The notes beneath the pieces were generated by a model that was given only the letters and a program-made list of their open reading frames with translations, made no database searches and was not told where the DNA came from. Below, piece by piece: positions 16,733 through 25,414 of a stretch of 34,494 nt of DNA; positions within the stretch are counted from its first letter, which is position 1; each line of letters opens with the position of its first letter. The position numbers and the translations under genes were made by a program. The stretch covers positions 1 through 34,494 of the forward strand of contig DATDTY010000028.1 of NCBI GenBank assembly GCA_035290625.1. Direction: 5' to 3'. Source of the stretch: Candidatus Nanoarchaeia archaeon. GTDB taxonomy: Archaea; Nanobdellota; Nanobdellia; Woesearchaeales; DATDTY01.

Positions 16733-18439
16733 ATGAAGAATCCAGAGATCGCATCCATCTTTTATAAGATGGCTGACTACCTTGAAATAAAAGAAGAGCA
16801 GTTCAAGCCTCAGGCATATCGAAAGGCAGCAATGACGATTGAAGAATTAGATGAGGATATTGCTGAACTAGCAAAGCAGGGAAAGCTTCAGGAGCTTCCG
16901 GGGATTGGAGAGTCGCTTGCAAAGAAGATTGTTGAATATATCGAAACAGGAAAGATCCAGGCATTTGAAAGATTACGAAAGGAGCTGCCAATCGATATTG
17001 AGGCCCTAGAGAAGATAGAGGGCATTGGACCAAAGAAAATCGCTTTTTTGTACAAGAAGTTCAGGGTGAGGAATCCAGAAGATTTGCAGAGGATCATTAA
17101 GAGGGGAAAGTTGAAAGGAGTAAAGGGATTTGGAGAGAAGAGCGAGCAGAGATTTCTTCAGGGAATCCAGTTCAGCCAGAAAAGCAAAGGAAGGGTTTTG
17201 CTCGGGGTTGCACTGCCTGAGGCTGAGGCCATTCAGGAGGTTCTGCGAAAACAGAGAGAAGTAAAGAAGGTTGAGATTGCAGGGTCTTTAGGGAGGAAGA
17301 AAGAGACCATCGGAGATATTGACATTCTTATCCAAAGCTCTGATGTGGAGAAGACCTTTGATTTTATTTCTCAGCTCGAATCTGTCAGAAGGGTTTTGGT
17401 GAAAGGGGAGACAAAAATATCCGTCATCCTGAAATCTGGAATACAGGTTGATGTGAGGAATGTTCCTGCTGCTTCATGGGGCTCTGGTCTGCAGTATTTC
17501 TATGGGTCAAAGGAGCACAGCATCCACCTCAGGCAGATTGCAATCAAGAAAGGGTATAAATTATCTGAGTACGGGCTGTTTAAGGGAAAGAAGATGATAG
17601 CCGGAAAGGACGAGAAAGGGATTTACAAGAGATTGGGCGTTGCATGGATGCCTCCTGAGCTGAGGGAGGATAGGGGGGAGATCGAAGCAGGGCAGAAGAG
17701 AAGCCTTCCTGATCTCGTTTCATTGCAGGACGTTCATGGAGACTTTCAGATGCATACAACATATAGTGATGGTGCTGATTCTGTTAAGCAGATGGCTGAA
17801 GCGTGCAATCGGTTGGGATACCACTTTATGGCAATTTCAGATCATATGGGACTGAAGATTGCAAAAGCAATGGACAAAAAGGCACTGTTGAAGCAGCATG
17901 AGGAGATCAGGCAAGCGCAGAAGAGATCATCAATTAACATATTCAGGGCGGCTGAGGTAGATATTAATGATAAAGGAAAGCTGAATATTGATAAGAGCCT
18001 GTTGGAGCATCTTGATATTGTGGTTGGATCTGTGCATATGGGACTGCAGCAGCCAAAGGAAAAGATTACCCAAAGGTACCTTTCTGCGATAGAGTCTGGA
18101 AACATGCATATCCTGGCGCATCCTACAGGAAGGCTGCTGCTTGAGCGAAAGGGAGCTGATGCTGACTGGAGCGAGGTGTTTAAGGCTGCGAAGAAGAATC
18201 ATGTGGCTTTGGAGATCAATGGCCAGCCGAAGAGGCTTGACCTAAATGACACCATGATCCAGGAAGCAAGGAAATATGGATGTGTCTTTTCGACGAACTC
18301 AGACAGCCATTCGGCGTTGCAGCTTCCTAACATGAGATATGCTGTGTTTACTGCAAGAAGAGGCTGGCTTGAGAAGGAGGATATTGTCAACTGCTGGAGC
18401 TTGAAGAAGGTTGAGAGGTGGATAAAGAGAAAAGAATGA
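16733..18439 (+). CDS. polX: DNA polymerase X with C-terminal PHP domain
   Basis: HhH motifs LPGIGESLA and IEGIGPKK, AGSLGRKKETIGDIDIL, QVDVR, LSEYGLF; PHP motifs MHTTYSDG, ISDH, AHPTGR, EIN, NSDSH. Confidence 0.95.
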   Translation: MKNPEIASIFYKMADYLEIKEEQFKPQAYRKAAMTIEELDEDIAELAKQGKLQELPGIGESLAKKIVEYIETGKIQAFERLRKELPIDIEALEKIEGIGPKKIAFLYKKFRVRNPEDLQRIIKRGKLKGVKGFGEKSEQRFLQGIQFSQKSKGRVLLGVALPEAEAIQEVLRKQREVKKVEIAGSLGRKKETIGDIDILIQSSDVEKTFDFISQLESVRRVLVKGETKISVILKSGIQVDVRNVPAASWGSGLQYFYGSKEHSIHLRQIAIKKGYKLSEYGLFKGKKMIAGKDEKGIYKRLGVAWMPPELREDRGEIEAGQKRSLPDLVSLQDVHGDFQMHTTYSDGADSVKQMAEACNRLGYHFMAISDHMGLKIAKAMDKKALLKQHEEIRQAQKRSSINIFRAAEVDINDKGKLNIDKSLLEHLDIVVGSVHMGLQQPKEKITQRYLSAIESGNMHILAHPTGRLLLERKGADADWSEVFKAAKKNHVALEINGQPKRLDLNDTMIQEARKYGCVFSTNSDSHSALQLPNMRYAVFTARRGWLEKEDIVNCWSLKKVERWIKRKE

Positions 18440-18514
18440 CGGCGTTAATACGAAATAACTTTTATTCTGTTGATTCTTTTAAAATGAGCAGCATTCTTCG
18501 TGATAATTGAGGAT

Positions 18515-18601
18515 ATGTTGGAAACAAGGATTTTGACAGCGATAAAACAATTAAGAGAGAGGAAGTGTGATATATCCGAGAGATCCTGCTTCTTTTGTTA
18601 A
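18515..18601 (+). CDS. Possible 28-aa Cys-tailed microprotein
   Basis: MLETRILTAIKQLRERKCDISERSCFFC*, preceded by GAGG and a TTTTAAAA box (18477-84). Ends 3 nt before the convergent gene. Confidence 0.25.
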   Translation: MLETRILTAIKQLRERKCDISERSCFFC

Positions 18602-18604
18602 ATC

Positions 18605-19156
18605 CTAGCTAAGAAATCTCTTCTTCACAACATCGGCAAGTTCATCCATTCTTTGCACATAGGTTAGCTCGTATAATTGCTCCTTAATCTCCTCGGGCAG
18701 TTTTCCGGAGAACGTATTTTCAAAAATAATAAGGGGGATCTTCTTGTCCAAGAACTTTGCATGGTATTTCATCATGCAGATTTCCACCAGGGATCCCGGA
18801 GAAAGCCCAATGCAGATGCAGAGGTCTCCAAAGGAAGCAATCTCTCCGTCTGCCTCATACCAGGTCTTAACATCTACAGTTTCGTCCAGGATGCCGATGA
18901 ATTCCCTGATATGCTCAACGCCGAATTTCTTGTCCAATAAAGGCACAATTCCTGTCACCTTATGGCCGCCTGCTTCTTTGTAAGCTTTTGCAATCTCGAA
19001 AGGGATGCCTTCATCCGGCACAATGATGAGCTCTGCAGCCAAGGATGCTGCGTACGTCCCTAATTGGCTGATTAATGCGTTGAGGTCCTCCTGGCTTATC
19101 TTGCTGTTCTTAAGGATGGTGTCTTTGCTTGAAGAGCCGATGATGGATAGTTTCAT
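18605..19156 (-). CDS. SLOG/LOG-like Rossmannoid nucleotide-binding protein
   Basis: KLSIIGSS start, GIPFEIAKAYKEAGG.KVTGIVP, DLCICIGLSPGSLVEI; resembles LOG/DprA-family motifs. Confidence 0.65.
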   Translation of the reverse strand: MKLSIIGSSSKDTILKNSKISQEDLNALISQLGTYAASLAAELIIVPDEGIPFEIAKAYKEAGGHKVTGIVPLLDKKFGVEHIREFIGILDETVDVKTWYEADGEIASFGDLCICIGLSPGSLVEICMMKYHAKFLDKKIPLIIFENTFSGKLPEEIKEQLYELTYVQRMDELADVVKKRFLS

Positions 19157-19193
19157 TAGAGGGCAGAAGGTTGTGGTGGCTTAAGTGACTTTG

Positions 19194-19233
19194 TAATTAC
19201 TTTATGATAGTAATTAATCGAAACATTTATAAG
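19194..19233 (+). promoter_or_regulatory. Palindromic site directly upstream of the glgC BRE/TATA
   Basis: TAATTACT-N7-AGTAATTA (19194-19216), then CGAAACA-TTTATAAG (TATA 19226-33) 22 nt before the ATG. Confidence 0.6.
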
Positions 19234-19255
19234 GTCTCTAAGATCTTTTTTTTGT

Positions 19256-20494
19256 ATGGAGGAAGTACTTTCAATTGTATTAGCTGGGGGCAGGGGAGAG
19301 CGGCTAGCCCCGTTCACAGATGAGATTCCCAAGCCGCTGGTTCCTTATATAGGGAGCATTCCGCTCATAAACTTTCCATTAAGCAACCTCGTCAATTCAA
19401 ATTTTAGGAGGATTCATGTGTACACACAACACAAGAGTAATGCATTAAACGAGTTTGTGTCTAAAAACTGGAGGCCGCTGGTTGGATCTATTGATGAGTT
19501 TATTGACCATCGAAATGCCCAGATTGAGGGAGGAGGGTATGCAGGAACGGCGCATGCAGTACTCGAAAATCTAGGTGAGATTAATCACCTTCGCCCATCG
19601 TATGTTATTGTTGCGAGCGCTGACCACATCTATAAGATGGATTTCAATCAAATGCTGAATGAGCATACGAAGCAAAACGCTGATGTTAGTATCGCTGCTC
19701 TACCCGTTCTGAAGAAAGATGCTGCCCGCTTGGGGGTCATGGAAACCAAGAAAGGCGGGAGAATAACAGGATTTCATGAGAAAGTGGAAGATCCACCGGA
19801 AATGCCGGATTTTCCTGGGTACTGTCTGGCAAATATGGGCATCTATATTTTTAAGACGTCGGCATTATCGTATATTGGTGAAGAGGATATAGATTTTGGA
19901 AAGAATGTGTTTCCGAGAATAGTAAACGACCGCCACTTGCATGCGTATACCTATACGACAAACAGGATTCCAACAGAGACCGGTGAAGAAGAAAAGTTAA
20001 ACTGGATCGATGTTGGGACGGTACGCGCATTATTTGATGCGTCAATGGATCAGGTGAAGGCATTACCCAAATCAATTGATTTATATAATAAAAAATGGAG
20101 GATATGGAATTTCCTTAATGGGCATACCCTGCCTGCAAAGATTTATGGGATTACTTCCAACGGCCGCTATTTGGCATCTCCGGGGTGTATTGTTGAGAAG
20201 TGCTCACTTGAGAATGTAATTTTAGGCCCGGGATCAGTAGCTGAAGACAGCACCCTTACAGACGTGATTACCCATAATGATGTAGTTATTCAGCCGGGAG
20301 CTTGCATAAAGGGAACCATCATTGACAGCGGAGCGCAGGTTGAGCAGGGCGTTCAGATAGGATTTGATGATGAGGCAGATATGCGAAGGGGATTTCTTCC
20401 AAAGAATGCCGCAGGAAAGCCCTACACTGAAGGGGTTCGTGTGATTCCAAGGAGAATGGCTGCGACAAAGGACGGTCTTGTTCAGATACGTTAA
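19256..20494 (+). CDS. glgC: Glucose-1-phosphate adenylyltransferase (bacterial-type ADP-glucose pyrophosphorylase)
   Basis: LAGGRGERL.P.T...KP.VP, INFPLSN..NS, GTAHAV, ADHIYKMDF, FHEK, ANMGIYIF, DFGKNVFP, WIDVGT, C-terminal beta-helix. Confidence 0.85.
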   Translation: MEEVLSIVLAGGRGERLAPFTDEIPKPLVPYIGSIPLINFPLSNLVNSNFRRIHVYTQHKSNALNEFVSKNWRPLVGSIDEFIDHRNAQIEGGGYAGTAHAVLENLGEINHLRPSYVIVASADHIYKMDFNQMLNEHTKQNADVSIAALPVLKKDAARLGVMETKKGGRITGFHEKVEDPPEMPDFPGYCLANMGIYIFKTSALSYIGEEDIDFGKNVFPRIVNDRHLHAYTYTTNRIPTETGEEEKLNWIDVGTVRALFDASMDQVKALPKSIDLYNKKWRIWNFLNGHTLPAKIYGITSNGRYLASPGCIVEKCSLENVILGPGSVAEDSTLTDVITHNDVVIQPGACIKGTIIDSGAQVEQGVQIGFDDEADMRRGFLPKNAAGKPYTEGVRVIPRRMAATKDGLVQIR

Positions 20495-20526
20495 TATTTA
20501 TATACTCATTCTGGGTCAAGCCTCCT

Positions 20527-21066
20527 ATGATCATCACCATCTCAGGCATGCCAGGAAGCGGAAAATCAACAGTCGCCGGGCTGGTTGCAAAAAAATTAGG
20601 GATCAAGCATTATTCTATTGGAGATCTCATGGGTGAGATTGCTGTTGAGAAAGGCATTTCTTTGCTGGAATTGAGCAGGATTGCTGAGAAGAGCAGGGAG
20701 ATTGATGAGCTTTTGGACAAGAAGCAGAGCAATCTTGGAAATGCTCAGGATAATTTTGTCATTGACTCCCGATTAGGCTGGCATTTTATTCCAGGATCAG
20801 TTAAGATATTTCTTGATGTTGACCTTGATACCGGAGCAAAACGAGTGTATCAGACGAAAAGGAAGGATGAGGCAGAGAATATCTCTTTGAAGAAAACCAA
20901 GGAGAATATTCTGAAGAGGATCGCCTCTGAGAAAAGGAGATATAAGAGATACTACCAGCTCGATTATTTTAAAAGGGCAAATTATGATTATGTTGTGGAT
21001 ACTTCACACATTTCTGCCGGGAAGGCTGCCGAAGACATCATTACCTTCATCAAAAGGTTTAAATAA
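20527..21066 (+). CDS. cmk: Cytidylate kinase, archaeal type
   Basis: MIITISGMPGSGKSTVA, VIDSRLGWHF, SEKRRYKRYY. Confidence 0.9.
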   Translation: MIITISGMPGSGKSTVAGLVAKKLGIKHYSIGDLMGEIAVEKGISLLELSRIAEKSREIDELLDKKQSNLGNAQDNFVIDSRLGWHFIPGSVKIFLDVDLDTGAKRVYQTKRKDEAENISLKKTKENILKRIASEKRRYKRYYQLDYFKRANYDYVVDTSHISAGKAAEDIITFIKRFK

Positions 21067-21087
21067 GCGCCTTCTTCCCTTTTGAGT

Positions 21088-21756
21088 ATGGTGTCTACCA
21101 AGAAAGGGGACTTTATCGAGGTTGAGTACACCGGAAGGGCTGGCGGAAGCGTCTTCGACACTACGCATGCCTCTGTTGCAAAGGACTCAGGATTGCAGCA
21201 TTCTCATTTTGAATTTAAGCCGCAGGTGATCTGCCTGGGAGAGAAGCATATGCTGCCTGGCCTTGAGGCAGAGCTTGCCGGAAAAGAGGTAGGAAAAGTC
21301 TACACGATTACTCTCCCGCCAGAAAGGGCATTTGGAAAGAAGAATCCCAAGCTGCTCAGAATGGTTCCAACGTCTTCATTCTCCAAGGAAAAGATTATGC
21401 CTGTTCCGGGGCTTACAGTAAATATTGATGGCATTGGCGGTATTATAAGGACAGTAACAGGAGGCAGGGTGATTGTTGACTTCAACCATCCCTTGGCAGG
21501 AAAAGAAGTAGTGTATGATATCAGAATCAACAGGATCGTTGATGATGAAAAGCTGAAGGTTGAATCCTTGATGAAAGCATTGCTTGGGATAAAGCCCAAG
21601 ATAGAGCTGAACGAGCAGAAGGCAATAGTTACAGTCCCAGCCGAAATCCCAAAAGAGATAGCAGAGGACATTTCCAAGAAGGTTGCAGGCCTCACAAAGA
21701 TAAAAGAGGTTGGGTTCGTTGTGGAGAAGGAAAAGGTTCAGACAGTGAAAGTTTAG
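21088..21756 (+). CDS. slyD: FKBP-type peptidyl-prolyl isomerase (SlyD-like, long archaeal type)
   Basis: KGDFIEVEYTG, VFDTT, PPERAFG, GGRVIVDFNHPLAGK. TTTAAATA upstream supports the ATG at 21088. Confidence 0.9.
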   Translation: MVSTKKGDFIEVEYTGRAGGSVFDTTHASVAKDSGLQHSHFEFKPQVICLGEKHMLPGLEAELAGKEVGKVYTITLPPERAFGKKNPKLLRMVPTSSFSKEKIMPVPGLTVNIDGIGGIIRTVTGGRVIVDFNHPLAGKEVVYDIRINRIVDDEKLKVESLMKALLGIKPKIELNEQKAIVTVPAEIPKEIAEDISKKVAGLTKIKEVGFVVEKEKVQTVKV

Positions 21757-21805
21757 TATTGGCCAATGAAAACATTTAAATAAGACCTGAGCATGCCGGA
21801 GTTCT

Positions 21806-22987
21806 ATGGATGAGGGGGAAAAGCCAACAGTTGAAGAGTACTTTGATTCAGGGGGAGCCGCTCCTCGTGAACCAGTACCTGCGCCAAAGCAGTATCAGAA
21901 GCCAGGGGTAAAGATTGACGCAAGCTCAGTAAAGCGGATTTCAAAGACGAATGAGATGGATGCTGAGCTTGAAAAGATCCTTCAGCAGCATCGTGCAACG
22001 ATAAAAGTTGTTGGCTGCGGCGGAAGCGGAAACAATACGATCAACAGGATCACTGAAGTAGGAGTGGCTGGCGCTGAGACTGTGGCAGTGAATACAGACG
22101 CCCAGGATCTGCTCTATACGTCAGCTGACAAGAAAGTCCTCATCGGGAAGGAGATCACGCGCGGCCTCGGAGCTGGCTCTGATCCAAAAATAGGCGAAGA
22201 GGCTGCCCGGGAGACAGAAGCTGAACTGAAAAAGCTGCTGCACGGCAGCGATATGATCTTCCTCACCTGCGGCCTTGGCGGAGGAACCGGAACCGGAAGT
22301 ATACCGGTAATTGCAGAGATTGCCAAGAAGGTCGGTGCACTGACCATAGCAATCGTCACCCTGCCCTTTTCCATGGAAGGCCATAGGAGATATGAAAATG
22401 CCATGATTGGCCTGGAGAAGCTGGAGCAGAGCGTGGATACGCTGATTGTGATTCCAAACGACAAGCTGCTTGAGCTTGCTCCGGATCTGCCCCTGCATAC
22501 AGCATTCAAAGTTGCTGATGAGATCCTCACAAACGCGGTCAAGGGGATCGCTGAGATGGTGACCAAAGCTGGATTGGTGAACCTTGACTTTGCTGATATC
22601 CGGGCAGTGATGGGAAAAGGAGGCATTGCCATGATTGGAGTGGGAGAGTCTGACACTGAAAACCGGGCAGTGGAAGCTGTTGAGAAGGCAATTGCCAACC
22701 CTCTTCTGGATGTGGATATCGCAGGGGCAAACGGCGCCCTGATTAATGTTGCTGGCGGCCCTGATATGACCCTGAATGAGGCAAGGAAGGTGGTAGAGAC
22801 AGTCTCAAGCAGCTTGGACCCTGATGCCAAGATTATCTGGGGTGCACAGATTTACGATGACCTCGAGAAGACAATCCGGGCAATGCTGATCGTGACCGGA
22901 GTGAAATCAACGCAGATTCTTGGAAACAAGCCTAAGCTCAAGCCGGAAAGCGTCAATGACGAGCTTGGGATTGAGTTTGTGGATTAA
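21806..22987 (+). CDS. ftsZ: Cell division protein FtsZ (archaeal FtsZ1 context)
   Basis: VVGCGGSGNN, NTDAQDL, GLGAG, GLGGGTGTG, NLDFAD, C-terminal LGIEFVD; upstream of secE-spt5-rpl11. Confidence 0.98.
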   Translation: MDEGEKPTVEEYFDSGGAAPREPVPAPKQYQKPGVKIDASSVKRISKTNEMDAELEKILQQHRATIKVVGCGGSGNNTINRITEVGVAGAETVAVNTDAQDLLYTSADKKVLIGKEITRGLGAGSDPKIGEEAARETEAELKKLLHGSDMIFLTCGLGGGTGTGSIPVIAEIAKKVGALTIAIVTLPFSMEGHRRYENAMIGLEKLEQSVDTLIVIPNDKLLELAPDLPLHTAFKVADEILTNAVKGIAEMVTKAGLVNLDFADIRAVMGKGGIAMIGVGESDTENRAVEAVEKAIANPLLDVDIAGANGALINVAGGPDMTLNEARKVVETVSSSLDPDAKIIWGAQIYDDLEKTIRAMLIVTGVKSTQILGNKPKLKPESVNDELGIEFVD

Positions 22988-22990
22988 AGA
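22963..22990 (+). repeat. Direct repeat copy 1 (ftsZ 3' end)
   Basis: GCTTGGGATTGAGTTTGTGGATT (23 bp) is identical to 23611-23633; 27/28 identity out to 22990. Confidence 0.95.
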
Positions 22991-23037
22991 GTGTGTATTG
23001 CCACAGAATGAGGAGGTTATTGAATGTTTCTTAGGGT

Positions 23038-23265
23038 TCATTGAATGCTTCTTATAAAATCTTCTCTTGTCATCCCTGCTTGTTTGATGATGCTAAGTAA
23101 CGTCCCCTTTTTGATTTCCCTTCTTCTGGGAACAACGACCAGGAGGGTTTTCCCTTGCTCCAGTTTATGGAACGACATGTGAGAGCCTTTCTGCCGGACC
23201 ATTGAGAATCCTCCTTTTTGAAGGACTTTTATTACTTCATCGCTAGAAACAACAGGCAGTTTCAT
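23038..23265 (-). CDS. hicA: HicA-family mRNA interferase toxin
   Basis: LPVVSSDEVIKVLQKGGF..VRQKGSH....VVVP...EIKKGTLLSIIKQAG. Confidence 0.92.
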   Translation of the reverse strand: MKLPVVSSDEVIKVLQKGGFSMVRQKGSHMSFHKLEQGKTLLVVVPRRREIKKGTLLSIIKQAGMTREDFIRSIQ

Positions 23266-23266
23266 C

Positions 23267-23545
23267 TTAAATTGTAATCTCTACAGGAACGCTTGCGGTA
23301 ACAATTTTTGGAACAATCTTGCCTTGCTTGAAATCTTTTTTTGAGATGCCCAATTGCTCAAGAACTTCATCCATAATTCCAAGCTCTTCTGCGCTTTCAA
23401 TGTAGAGCTCTACAGCTTCTTTGATATTAGCAATGCTTTCTTCAAAGGTTTCTCCCTGGCTTGCCACATTCAATTCAGGGCATACTACTGAATAGCCAGT
23501 ATCCTCCTGCTTTACGAGAACCGTTACTGTTATTTGTTTTGCCAT
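23267..23545 (-). CDS. hicB: HicB-family antitoxin (short, no DNA-binding domain)
   Basis: GYSVVCPELNVASQGETFEESIANIKEAVELY; upstream of hicA (hicBA order). Confidence 0.9.
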   Translation of the reverse strand: MAKQITVTVLVKQEDTGYSVVCPELNVASQGETFEESIANIKEAVELYIESAEELGIMDEVLEQLGISKKDFKQGKIVPKIVTASVPVEITI

Positions 23546-23610
23546 CGCAGGTTATAAAGCCGGAGAAGTTTAAATAGTTAACTGAAAGGGGTTGAGTGCC
23601 TGTGATGCGG

Positions 23611-23638
23611 GCTTGGGATTGAGTTTGTGGATTGAAGA
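23611..23638 (+). repeat. Direct repeat copy 2 (relic ftsZ 3' end, reads LGIEFVD-TGA)
   Basis: GCTTGGGATTGAGTTTGTGGATTGAAGA. Confidence 0.95.
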
Positions 23639-23640
23639 AA

Positions 23641-24555
23641 TCAAGAGACTTTATGCTTTAACGCTTCCTCATAAAGAGCGCCAAATCTTTCTCTGTTGTG
23701 GATGATAGATCCTAAGGCAGTATCTTCCAAGAGTGAGTTGACCTCTACCCCTGATCTCAGGAAGTCGCTCAGTTCTGCTGTCTTGACCATGATAGGCTTC
23801 TTCTTTCCAGAATCCTCTTGGTATCTTTTTTCAAGCTCAGCAGCATTAATCTCTGCAACGAGGAGCCCACCTGCATCAGCACTCCCCGGCATTAATGCAA
23901 GGCCAATATCTTGATATCCCTTCATCTGGGCTTCATCAAGCATTAGCGTGGTTGCTGCATCATACCTAATAGCTCTCCGGAACATCTCTGTCTCAAGACT
24001 TATTTCGTCAATCGCCTTGCCTTCTTTTTTAACTTGATGCGCTTCTATGCCCTGATTTGCAATAGATATTGCTCCTGCTTGCTGCTGACCGGTTTTCTTT
24101 TCTACAAGGAGGGCATAGGTTTGGTCAAAGTCCTTGTTTCCATCATAGCCAACAACCAGTGCAAACGTTGAGACATGCATGTAAGCCCCCTGGCTTAGCT
24201 TTGGAGAATATTTGAGTGCAAAAGTGTTGGGCATATGCATATCATATCTATCGAAGGCATCAAGGGGGTCCCCACGAGGATAAAGATTTCTTTGAGCCCA
24301 TTTATCATCCATGATAGTTATGCCCGGTGCTAATATCAAACCTATTCCAAGTCGAGATGCGTTCCCAGGATCAAAGGTATGAAAAGAGACAAGGCCTATT
24401 TTAGGATCGTTTGTTTTATATCCAAATTCTCTTTGCAGAACTTCTCTCTGCTGCTTGACGCTTTCAATAACCCTTATGGGTTCTGGTGCTTTAAAAGTAG
24501 TGATCGTTGTAGCTGCTCTATTCGCGGAAATCAACATCTGCTGGAATTTTGCCAT
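23641..24555 (-). CDS. Hypothetical protein, possible degenerate Nudix fold
   Basis: VSTFALVV...YALLVEKK....AGAISIANQGIE...AIRYDAATTLML has Nudix-like spacing but lacks the catalytic glutamates. ATG at 24555 supported by an upstream TATA-like box. Confidence 0.6.
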   Translation of the reverse strand: MAKFQQMLISANRAATTITTFKAPEPIRVIESVKQQREVLQREFGYKTNDPKIGLVSFHTFDPGNASRLGIGLILAPGITIMDDKWAQRNLYPRGDPLDAFDRYDMHMPNTFALKYSPKLSQGAYMHVSTFALVVGYDGNKDFDQTYALLVEKKTGQQQAGAISIANQGIEAHQVKKEGKAIDEISLETEMFRRAIRYDAATTLMLDEAQMKGYQDIGLALMPGSADAGGLLVAEINAAELEKRYQEDSGKKKPIMVKTAELSDFLRSGVEVNSLLEDTALGSIIHNRERFGALYEEALKHKVS

Positions 24556-24649
24556 GTTGGGGGGAAGCACGGTTTATTTATTAAGCTACCGATGAAATCT
24601 GTTTTCTGTCTCCAAAACCTTTAAAAACCCCTGTCTAATCCTGCTGAGA

Positions 24650-24847
24650 ATGGAAGGGTTTGCAGAGCCTACGAAGTGGCAGAGGTTCAAGGGGTTTGTG
24701 CTTGAATGCAGGAGAGTATTCCGGATTACAAAGAAGCCGTCAGGGTTTGAATTCAAGACTATAGTGAAGGTGTCTGCATTGGGGATGGTCATCATTGGAT
24801 TGGTTGGATTTTTGGTCCATCTGATTGACGCGCTATTATTTGGATGA
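24650..24847 (+). CDS. secE: Protein translocase subunit SecE/Sec61-gamma
   Basis: ECRRVFRITKKPS..EF..IVKVSALG..IIGLVGF; conserved context. Confidence 0.93.
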   Translation: MEGFAEPTKWQRFKGFVLECRRVFRITKKPSGFEFKTIVKVSALGMVIIGLVGFLVHLIDALLFG

Positions 24848-24854
24848 AGATTCT

Positions 24855-25403
24855 ATGGAAAAGGATCAAGTTGAAGTGGACGAGAAAGGAGCCAGTGAGA
24901 AAGCTGGGCTGGGCTCTCAGCTCTATGCGCTCCGGACTACAGCAAACCGGGAATCACAGGTCATGGACTTTGTGAGCTCGAATGCGCGGAAGAGGAAGCT
25001 TGGAGTCTATGCAGTTGTGCAGCCGCACGGCATGAGAGGGTACATCTTTGTTGAGGCTGCTTCCAGAAGTGATGCTGAGCAGGCTGCGTTTAATGTCCCT
25101 TATGCAAGGGGGGTATTGCCAAACAGTATCGACTTCAATGAGGTTGGCCATATGCTTGAGCAGGTCAAGAAGGAAGTGAATATCGAGAAGAATGATATCG
25201 TCGAGATCATCTCGGGGCCATTCAAGCGAGAGAAGGCAAAGATAAAAAGGATTGACAAGATCAAGGAAGACGTGGTGGTTGAATTGCTCGGAGCTGCGGT
25301 GCCAATTCCAATGACGATGAAGATGGACGCAGTCAAGGTTATTAGGAGAGATACCAAAGACGAGAGCTCCAGGATTCCTGAAGATGAGGATACTGAGATA
25401 TAA
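24855..25403 (+). CDS. spt5: Transcription elongation factor Spt5 (archaeal NusG)
   Basis: LYALRTTANRE, RGYIFVEA, KOW motif DIVEIISGPFKREKAKI, VELLGAAVPIP. Confidence 0.95.
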   Translation: MEKDQVEVDEKGASEKAGLGSQLYALRTTANRESQVMDFVSSNARKRKLGVYAVVQPHGMRGYIFVEAASRSDAEQAAFNVPYARGVLPNSIDFNEVGHMLEQVKKEVNIEKNDIVEIISGPFKREKAKIKRIDKIKEDVVVELLGAAVPIPMTMKMDAVKVIRRDTKDESSRIPEDEDTEI

Positions 25404-25414
25404 GTGAGATTCAA

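Larger units (their letters stand above)
22963..23638. mobile_element. Integrase-less hicBA cassette flanked by ftsZ 3'-end direct repeats
   Basis: Direct repeats bound only hicB, hicA and their promoter; no recombinase in the window. Confidence 0.6.

Noticed and set aside
18533..18561. Bacterial -35/-10 promoter that the sigma-like protein might use
   Set aside because: TTGACA is present, but there is no TATAAT-like hexamer at 16-18 bp. No convincing pair was noticed elsewhere by eye.
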